Assembly: GCA_951406725.2 (NCBI GenBank)
Contig: OX597819.1
Span: forward strand, 92,752,001 to 92,816,000
Direction: 5' to 3'
From: Octopus vulgaris
Lineage: Eukaryota
DNA: 64,000 nt
The translations under genes were made by a program, and so were the position numbers. Every line of letters begins with the position of its first letter. Positions within the stretch are counted from its first letter, which is position 1. Shown piece after piece: positions 55,261-64,000 of this stretch. The notes under the pieces are model-generated. The model was not told where the DNA came from. It worked only from the letters and a program-made list of their open reading frames with translations, and did no database searches.

Positions 55261-55531
55261 TTCAGTTTGTTAGCATTTAGACTAATTAAAAGAAACCTGA
55301 TGACGTGGCGTTTCTCAAGCTTTATAGAAATCTGTTCAACACTTGAATATAAAATATAGGAAGTCTCGAAAGAACAATTTTTTAGAAATGATAGTCTGCG
55401 GAATAATTGATCGTGTGTGTGTGCTCATGTGTGTGTGTGTTGTTCGTTGTGCGCGCGCGTATGCATATCTGTGTGTGTACGCGCGCGCGTGTATGTTCTA
55501 TCGTTTCTCCGTTTCAAGACAGTGTAACAAG

Positions 55532-55853
55532 CACTCCGTCGCCTACGACGATGAGTGTTCCAGTCGATCCGATCAACGGATAAATCTGCTCGTGAAATTA
55601 ACGTGCAAGTGTTTCAGCACTCCGTAGACACGTGTACCTTTAACGTAGTTCTCAGGGATGATTCAGCGTGACACAGAGTGTGAGAATGCTGGTCCTTTGA
55701 AACATAGGTACAACTCATTTTTGGCAACTGAGAGGACTGGAGCAACGTGAAATAAATTGTCTTGCTCAAGGACACAACAGGTCGCCTGGAATTGAACTCG
55801 CGACCTTACGGTAGTGAGCCGAATACCCTAACCAGTAAGCTACGCGCCTTCGC
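55532..55853 (-). mobile_element. SINE family 3 group variant
   Basis: tRNA-like head plus CORE-like GGACTGGAGCAACGTGAAATAAATTGTCTTGCTCAAGGACACAAC, with a third type of 3' body. Confidence 0.75.
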
Positions 55854-56086
55854 CCAAGACAGTGTGAAGGTATAGAAATCCCGAACGAATATTGATTACA
55901 ATGATGATTTAAAATAAGTTTCTTTTGATTTACAGCTATACACGCAATGGAAGGTTGTGAAGGTGATGTTCTTTTAGTGAATTCCTACGGTAAAATGAAA
56001 TTTAAAAATTATAACAAAATGCTTTAGCTCATTGGAAGATTATTTTTATAATTCATATTACTCACAGCCATATATATATTTTTTAT

Positions 56087-56669
<583 letters not shown>

Positions 56670-57685
56670 ATATGTTCTTTTTCACTCTCTCTCTCTCTCC
56701 CTCTCTCTCACATACACACACAGAAGCATATACTAACACATACAACACACACACATATACGCATGTACGCGTGCGCGGGCACACACACATACGCACACAG
56801 GAACCTGCGCATACTGTTTTACATTAATGATTTCACGAAGGGCTTAGGTGATAAGCGAAAGCAAGCGTGGAGTGCATATCCATGACTGAAAGTCTATCGA
56901 CACAATACGGAAAGGAAAATTTTAAAAGTAGTTAATGATATGGTCATAATTATGGCCAAGCATGTTCACAGATTATTTCCCAAGAAATAATCACATTGTT
57001 CTTGACTAGAATGAAGTTAGTTGCGCTGACGTGTGTTCTATGTGTGTAATAAAGTGAATTTTATAGAATGCGACATTTTAATGGTTAGATAACTCGCAGC
57101 TCAAACGCATTTGGCGACACACCGTTTAGGACTACTGTTAACGTAATAGTTTTAAATCTTAGTTTCTCGGTACAGAACTGCAATCCAATAATGATTTCTT
57201 TTATGTACAAGACACGTAGTTTTCTGTGTTGAAGGAAGGATAATGACAATATGTTACGGGTATTACTTTGATGTTTTAGTTCATCTAGCTGCTTCATTTC
57301 CATGATGAAAGAACTACTACAAATATTAGACATTGCCCACTAATTTTTTCACTCCTTTTCTGACATCTTCGTAGCTGCAGCTATTTTCGAGTAGTTTACA
57401 AGGATTATATAAAGCTACAAAACTATTACGTCTTTGAAGAAACGGAATGCAGAGCATATCACGTTGAATACTTTTTAAAATACTCATAGTTTGAAAGTTG
57501 CCATTTATGAGTATATTAATATCTCCCAATGGTTCCACTTGTCGCTAGTCTTTACATTCTGATAATGTCCTGAGAGAATAGGCTCTGAAAATATGAGAAT
57601 TTTCCAAACGTACTTGAATTCCTCACACATTAATATTAGCGTTGTAAAGAAAATTTATCAGTCGTTACTCATATAAGTTCTTTTC

Positions 57686-57819
57686 GCTTTGCCTTTCATC
57701 CTTTCGGGGTCGATAAATTAAGTACCAATTACGCACTGGGGGTCGATGTAATCGACTTAATACCTATGTCTGTCCTTGTTTGTCCCCTCTATGTTTAGCC
57801 CCTTGTGGGTAATAAATAA

Positions 57820-57858
<39 letters not shown>
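57686..57858 (+). mobile_element. SINE family 2 3' half followed by (TTA)n (57821-57858)
   Basis: CTTTGCCTTTCATCCTTTCGGGGTCGATAAATTAAGTACC...CCCCTTGTGGG. Confidence 0.8.
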
Positions 57859-60800
57859 GTCATTTACTTTTAATCTGCATGTTTGATGCAATCACCTGCC
57901 GAGGCACACCCAGCGCCCTAGGGCAAGTGAAGGTTAAGAGTTGTTGAAATATAGCTGAAAGCTTGGGGAGGGGAAGTAGAGAAATATCTCCATGTAATAC
58001 AAACACAAACATTTACATTGATAGGGTTTTTCTAAGGATGTGGGCAGTACTTGTTAGCACAATCTTTTGGATTTCCTTGAGACATGGTTTTCCAGGGATA
58101 TTGTCTAGGTGTTTCTGACATCCCTTTTTTATCATACCTAGGGCACCTACAATAACAGGAACAGTTTTTGTTTTAAGATTCCACATCCTCTGTATTTCGA
58201 TTTCCAGGTCCTTATATTTACTAAGTTTGTCAAATTCCTTGACAGATACATTTTTATCAGTGGGGACGCTTACTTCTATTAGTCTGCAGGTATTTTCTTC
58301 CCTGTCTTTAACAATTATGTCTGGTCGATTAGCCTTGATCGTTCTGTCAGTGTTGACTGGAAAATCCCAGAGGATGGTGACATCTTTACCTTCAACAACT
58401 GGCTGAGGATGGTGTTCATACCAGTTAGCAGGAGTGTCGGATTTGTAGTGTTTACATATCTTCCAATGTATATACTGTCCTACCCTATCGTGGCGATTTT
58501 TGTATTCGTTTGGTGTCAGCACAGGACATCCCGAAACGAGATGGTCTATTGTTTCGTAAAATGTGTCACAGAATCTGCATTTAGGGTCAGTACCGTTTCG
58601 GAGAACGTTAGCCTGGTAATTTCTGGTAAACAAGCTTTGATCTTGTGCTGCCATTATGAAGCCTTCAGTCTCTGCTTTCAATCCAGAACTCTTCGGCCAC
58701 TGATGGGTTGTTGCTTGGTCTACATCAGCATTTTGGCTTCGGAGAATGTATTGTCCATGCAGGGGCTTCTGGCTCCACCGCCTCTCAATTTGATTCTGCC
58801 CATTCTTTTTTGCAGTCTGCCTGATTCGCTTTGCTTGCTTGGTAGCAGTGGTTTCTGGCTCTTCACCTGATTCAAGGTTAATGCCTAGTTCCCTTTCGAA
58901 CTTATAAGCTTCCTTGACAATAGAATGCAGCTTTTTGCTGCTTTCGTGTTCACACACAAGTCGCAGCATCCAGTCGTTTGTACTAGATAGGTACCTGTTC
59001 ATTCCTACAGTAGAGGTCTTATAGCACAGCTCCAATTGCATCATTCCTCTCCCCCCGCTGCTTCTAGGTAGGTACAAGCGGTCTACATCTGCCTTAGGGT
59101 GGTGCATGCTCCTGGATGTCAGTAACTTTCTTGTCTTCCTGTCCAAGCGTTGGAGTTCCGTAAGGTTCCAGTTAATGATGTTAAAACTGTACTGGACTAC
59201 TGGAAGTGCCAGGGTGTTAATGGCCTCAATGCAATTTTTGGAGTTGAGTTCAGTCTTCAGTACAAGCCTTATTCTCCTATAGTACTCCTTTCTTATTTTT
59301 TCCTTCATAGTAGCATGATGTATACCATCTCCTTCGTTGATTCCTAGGTATTTGTAGCTTTCTTGTGGGTCAAGTTCCTTGATGGTAGTGTCAATATCTA
59401 ATTTAACAGAAGCTGTTTGCCTGAGCTTGCCTCTTACAAAAGTTGCTTTAGCACACTTATCAAGGCCAAAATCCATTCCGATATCATTGCTAAACTCTTT
59501 AACAGTTGTTAGCAGCCCTTCTAGCTCTTGGTCATTCTTGGCAAACAGCTTTAGATCGTCCATATAAAAAAGGTGGTTTATTAACTTGCTAAAAACTTTG
59601 TACCCATATCTGGCACTATCCAATTCGTTTGAGAGTGGGATCAGTGCCATGCAAAAAAGTAATGGAGAGAGGGAGTCACCTTGAAAGATGCCTCGTTTGA
59701 TGTTGATGCTGTTGGACTGGCTCATCCCATTACTATGGCTTAGAAAGAGACGTGTGTTCCACATGGTCATGCTATTCTCTAAGAATTTTGAGACGACAGG
59801 GGAGATCTTGTATATCTCAAGGGCCTTGAGTATCCATTTATGTGGGACACTGTCATACGCTTTCCTGTAGTCTATCCATGCCATACTCAGGTTTTTGTTT
59901 TTGCTCCGGCAATTCTCTACAATCATTCTGTTTATGAGCAATTGGTCTTTGCACCCATAAGAGTTTCTTTTACAACCTTTTTGAGCTTGTGGAAGGATAG
60001 AATTTTGTTCAAGGAAAGCGTACATTCTCTCCGTTATTATGGATGTGAGGATTTTGTAGGTGGTGTTGAGACATGTTATTGGCCGGTAATTCTTTGGGTT
60101 TTTTGTGTCTTCGGTTTTAGGTAATAGGTAGGTGGTTCCTTCAGTCAGCCAAGCAGGTATTTGCTCTGGGTTCTGAATGACATCAGACAGAGATGCAGCG
60201 AGATGTTCGTGTACCTCTGTCAAACAATTCAGCCAGAAGTTAGGGATCCGATCCAGTCCTGGGGTTTTCCATTTATGAGCCTTCCTAAGGACACACCTTA
60301 GCTCCTCTATTCCTATTGCTTCCCATTTCTGTTCTTCAAGTTCATCCAGTCTCTCTTTCTCACGTTCTATCCAGTCAGCCTCAGCATTAAACTCTTTTTC
60401 GTTGCTCCATACCTTCTTCCAGAACTCCTCCACTTCCTCAATCTTAGGTGGATCTTCTATGTGTATTTTATTTTTGCCAATTTCCCTATAAAATTTCTTT
60501 GCATCTGTCTTAAAAAATTTATTTTGTCGATAAAATTTGTTTCTTTTGTCATACCTTCTAAGCCGTTGAGCTTTCAACTGTATCCGTTGTTTCAACAGTT
60601 CCTTAGTTGCAGGGAGGTTTATGAGATCTTTGATTTTATATTTTTGCTTGATTTTTCTAGCTTTTCTCGGCTTAATATTCACTCCTCTAGCAAGCTCATC
60701 GAGAACTGAAACATCCGCCCGCAGAGATTCAATCTCTTTTTGTATCGCTACTTTCCACTTAGGAGGTTCATTGACATGCCTGGCCTTTTTCTTTGTCATC

Positions 60801-62127
60801 TTAATACCTAGTTGGGTAGTTACTACTTTAGCAGTGGAATAAATGAGATTATTTAAGGTTGTCAAATCATTCCCCTTATTTCTTAAGATCTGTCCTAGGG
60901 CAACGTTATATGTCATGATTGTGTTGTTATTTCTTGTGCTATTTGAAAACTTTGGTAGTGGTTCTCTATTAACCATGTCAGTGAGCTCAATCTTGCCGAG
61001 TTCTCTCATAATGTCCACTTTTGCTTCCATAATCTTTTCTCTATTATTCACCTCAAATTCTATGTCATATCTATTTTGGTTTTCTTGAGGAAGGTCTACG
61101 TTCTCCTCTTTTTTCAAATCTCTCGTCTTCGCTATTCTTTGTTTAACTTCCCCATTGGGAAGTTGATTTGCCGCTTGTACACTGGCTTCTGTGCTACTAT
61201 TACCTATTTCGTCTACATTGTTGCTGTTTTCTTTTGGTCTACCATGAGCTATTAGTGTCCTAATTTTGTCAATTTCAGCGTCAGTTAGTCTTTTGTTTTT
61301 AATTATATCTCTGCGTACATTACTAAATTTATTTGCGTCTATATATCTACGTACGTCATTGCCTACTGAATTTCTCCATGAGATGTATGTTTGTACACTG
61401 AGGTTATTGTTTGGGTTTAGTTGGGCTGTATAAAAAGCTTTCAACACATCTCTATAGTCCTCTCTGGTCCATTTTATACGTTTTGCTTTAGGTGGTGTTT
61501 TTGGTGGTGTCACTACAAGTCCAGAGTTAGAAGTATTCTGGTTCTGGTCACCTGGTAGATCGTCTTTTTGAGAGTTTGTTCCAGCAGCAAACTTTTCGAC
61601 CCCAGTCTGGTTCCCTACTGGGTAACGCGGTCCTTGTTGTCCCGGGCGATGACCGATCCGGCATGATTTTTGGCTTGTTTTCATTAAATGATTGACGGCG
61701 ACATCAGAGGGGTCCATTTTTTCAGAGTCAACTTTTTGACAAGACGCCGCTTCTGTGACGGTGACAGGGTCAATTTTTTGACAAAACACCGCTTCTGAAT
61801 TCTCCGAATTAATATATTGTTCATATCGACCTCGCATAAGACTTACAGATCGAAATTCGCCTCTATTTCTTTTGGTAGTCATGTTTCCGGGCATAACTGT
61901 GTAGTGACTTTCTAAATTCAGTGACCAATTTTCTCTTTTTTGCGTTTGTTCGTGAAAAATCGCTTTGTTTTTGTTTTGTTTTCGTCCGCGTAACGTGGTT
62001 TTTCTTTCTGTGTGTACGTGTGAGCGCGTGTATGCATTATTTATGCTTTATAATTAAAATGTGTACATGTATGCACAAACAGTTGCATGTATACTTTATA
62101 ATTAAAATGTGTACGTGTATGCATAAA

Positions 62128-62128
<1 letters not shown>
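57859..62128 (-). mobile_element. Apparently full-length R4/Dong-clade non-LTR retrotransposon in a (TAA)n target
   Basis: Single long ORF, ~150-bp 3' UTR and ~230-bp 5' region, with (TAA)n tracts on both sides. The true 5' end is uncertain. Confidence 0.88.
58013..61894 (-). CDS. Non-LTR retrotransposon protein: reverse transcriptase, CCHC zinc knuckle and restriction-like endonuclease
   Basis: Uninterrupted 1293 aa with KNYRPITCL, QKGC, WIDYRKAYDSVPH, GIFQGDSLSPLLF, YMDDLK, CRFC...HLVSGC, RHD, NRPDII...IEVSVP and K..KY. Confidence 0.95.
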   Translation of the reverse strand: MPGNMTTKRNRGEFRSVSLMRGRYEQYINSENSEAVFCQKIDPVTVTEAASCQKVDSEKMDPSDVAVNHLMKTSQKSCRIGHRPGQQGPRYPVGNQTGVEKFAAGTNSQKDDLPGDQNQNTSNSGLVVTPPKTPPKAKRIKWTREDYRDVLKAFYTAQLNPNNNLSVQTYISWRNSVGNDVRRYIDANKFSNVRRDIIKNKRLTDAEIDKIRTLIAHGRPKENSNNVDEIGNSSTEASVQAANQLPNGEVKQRIAKTRDLKKEENVDLPQENQNRYDIEFEVNNREKIMEAKVDIMRELGKIELTDMVNREPLPKFSNSTRNNNTIMTYNVALGQILRNKGNDLTTLNNLIYSTAKVVTTQLGIKMTKKKARHVNEPPKWKVAIQKEIESLRADVSVLDELARGVNIKPRKARKIKQKYKIKDLINLPATKELLKQRIQLKAQRLRRYDKRNKFYRQNKFFKTDAKKFYREIGKNKIHIEDPPKIEEVEEFWKKVWSNEKEFNAEADWIEREKERLDELEEQKWEAIGIEELRCVLRKAHKWKTPGLDRIPNFWLNCLTEVHEHLAASLSDVIQNPEQIPAWLTEGTTYLLPKTEDTKNPKNYRPITCLNTTYKILTSIITERMYAFLEQNSILPQAQKGCKRNSYGCKDQLLINRMIVENCRSKNKNLSMAWIDYRKAYDSVPHKWILKALEIYKISPVVSKFLENSMTMWNTRLFLSHSNGMSQSNSINIKRGIFQGDSLSPLLFCMALIPLSNELDSARYGYKVFSKLINHLFYMDDLKLFAKNDQELEGLLTTVKEFSNDIGMDFGLDKCAKATFVRGKLRQTASVKLDIDTTIKELDPQESYKYLGINEGDGIHHATMKEKIRKEYYRRIRLVLKTELNSKNCIEAINTLALPVVQYSFNIINWNLTELQRLDRKTRKLLTSRSMHHPKADVDRLYLPRSSGGRGMMQLELCYKTSTVGMNRYLSSTNDWMLRLVCEHESSKKLHSIVKEAYKFERELGINLESGEEPETTATKQAKRIRQTAKKNGQNQIERRWSQKPLHGQYILRSQNADVDQATTHQWPKSSGLKAETEGFIMAAQDQSLFTRNYQANVLRNGTDPKCRFCDTFYETIDHLVSGCPVLTPNEYKNRHDRVGQYIHWKICKHYKSDTPANWYEHHPQPVVEGKDVTILWDFPVNTDRTIKANRPDIIVKDREENTCRLIEVSVPTDKNVSVKEFDKLSKYKDLEIEIQRMWNLKTKTVPVIVGALGMIKKGCQKHLDNIPGKPCLKEIQKIVLTSTAHILRKTLSM

Positions 62129-62190
<62 letters not shown>

Positions 62191-62225
62191 CATCATCATC
62201 ATCATCATCATCATCATTATCATCA

Positions 62226-62281
<56 letters not shown>
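62129..62281. repeat. (TTA)n(TCA)n(TTA)n microsatellite
   Basis: Read directly. Confidence 0.95.
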
Positions 62282-62283
<2 letters not shown>

Positions 62284-63700
62284 TATACACACAACAGATT
62301 AGACTGCTGGAAAAGAAAAACCCTAACATCGGGCTACAACAAGTAACCTTAGATGCTAAGAACTCTCCTAAGTATCCTAGCTGTCCCTAATATCACTGTT
62401 TTCTACAACTGTACTAAACTGGGTTTTATGCCTATTTCCTCTATCCATTTGTTCAAATCTTTAGGTATAGTTCCCGATGCACCTATAACTACCGGAGTAC
62501 ATTTTACCCGCACTTTCCATAGTCTGTGTACTTCAATTGCTAGTTCCTGCTACTTTGCTATTTTTTTACACCTCTCATATTGATTTTTTTCATCATTTTG
62601 GATTGTACTGGATTGTACTGGCACTTTCTATTCCCTTTATCTATTACTACCAAATCAGGCCTTCTAGTTTCTATTACTGTCAGTCTGAATGTTAAAGTAG
62701 CATAGCATCTTATATTTCTTACTTTCTAGTACTTTACCATGTTCGTGCTCATACCGTTTATCAGTATGTTGAAATCCTAGCTTTCTATGTTACTCCCAGT
62801 GAATTACTTTCCCTAGGTTGTCATATCTTTTCTTGCATTCTTTCTGTGCCAGCAAGCTACAATCACTTACTATATGAGTAACACATTCCTCTTTTGATTT
62901 GCGTAGCCTACATTGGGAATTCACTTGGCTTCTGTCTATCTTGGCTTTCATCCAATTACTCCTTAATGCTTGATTTTGTGCTGCTATTAACAAACTTTCT
63001 GTCTCCCCTTTCAGTCTTTCTTTCATGTCTCACTGCTACTGTTTACTGCAACTATATATGGAAATCTACCATGCAAATCCTTCTCCTGTCAGTCAAATAA
63101 CTTCTGTTCTTTTTTCTGGGTTTTTTACTTCGCTTCAGTTTTTGGTTTTCCTATATCTTGTGAGTCTAGCAGCTAGCTAACTCCACGCATTTCTTCCATG
63201 TGTCCATGCTAAAACTAATTAATTCTCTTATGTTGCCTACTACACTGAATATACTCAAACATTCACTTATCCATGAGTGTGGGATCATGTCATAGGCTTT
63301 CTTATAATCTATCCATGCTACCGTTAGATTTTTCTTTCTAGCTTTTACTTCTTTTAGATCTCCTTTTCCTGTATGCAATAGATCATGCGTTCCTCTAGCT
63401 TTCTTCCAGCAACCTTTCTGTTTTTCTGGTAGTACATTCCCTGTTGTCAAAGTGCTTATAAATGCTTTCTAAAAGTATTCCTGTTAACAGCCTCCACACG
63501 AAGAATGTGATTAGTCTATAAAAATGTGATTGGTCTATAAGAATGTGATTGGTCTATAATTGCTAGCTATATTACAATTGCTTTTATCTTTCATAAGGAG
63601 TATTGTCCCCCCTCTAGTCATCCAATCTGATATTATTACCGTATTTTTTCACCGTAGAATTTCCATCAACAGTTTGCCATCACCCCTTCCTGCCTTATTC
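62282..63700 (-). pseudogene. Older degenerate R4/Dong-clade element with internal deletions
   Basis: QKGC...WIDYKKAYDMIPHSWI, LKGETESLLIAAQNQAL, CVTHIVSDC and terminal ILGTARILRRVLSI* (stop at 62349-62351). Confidence 0.88.
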
Positions 63701-64000
63701 ATCTATCACTCCTTCCTTTTTCATTCATATGTTGTGACGGAGAAAAACACGAGTATTGTTGTTGTTGTTGTTGTTATACTTCCGGTTGGAAGGCTAGAAC
63801 GTCGGTGGAAGCTTGACAAGTATTTTTGGTATCAAAACTAATGTTTCCATTGATATTAATGCTCCAGAGAAAAGAATTAAATAATATTTGGGTTTTGGGT
63901 CCCTCTCGTCCTCATTTCATCCTGCCTACAGGCGCACACTTAGAGTAGGCCCATTCACACGGGCCATTCTTGTCCCATTCACCCACCTTTCGACAAACTT

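Noticed and set aside
57085-57590. Two short minus-strand ORFs and an acceptor-like TTTTCAG
   Set aside because: No recognisable domain and the frames are not continuous; would need BLASTX or RNA-seq.
61895-62128. HDV-like ribozyme expected at the 5' end of some R2/R4 elements
   Set aside because: I could not build the nested pseudoknot by eye. The region is AT-rich with only a ~49-bp-period tandem duplication.

Overview
AT-rich animal genomic DNA packed with microsatellites ((TA)n, (CA)n, (GA)n, (GATA)n, (TAA)n). The repeat families resemble those of an octopus or other cephalopod (inference from remembered SINE sequences, not a database result). No host gene can be supported, and most listed ORFs are microsatellite translations. 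The one intact protein is a 1293-aa R4/Dong-clade non-LTR retrotransposon ORF (58013-61894, minus) lying between (TAA)n tracts beside an older decayed relative. Also present: a full-length defective IR/DR Tc1 element, mariner, pogo/Tigger and rosa/maT-like remnants, two hAT-type MITEs, a non-autonomous Helitron, CR1/L2-group and RTE LINE fragments, and many copies of three tRNA-derived SINE groups. The main unannotated signal is about 13 minimal type I hammerhead-ribozyme (HHR) motifs. They sit in short non-coding elements, mostly (TA)n-associated, with direct or inverted repeat architecture (Penelope-like pLTR / non-LTR retrozyme-like). Examples include a compensatory U3:A8 core in a 362-bp circularly permuted unit, an extended-stem-II HHR, and a tRNA-headed SINE-like element carrying an HHR. 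All folding was done by eye and no activity is demonstrated. Most TE boundaries are approximate.
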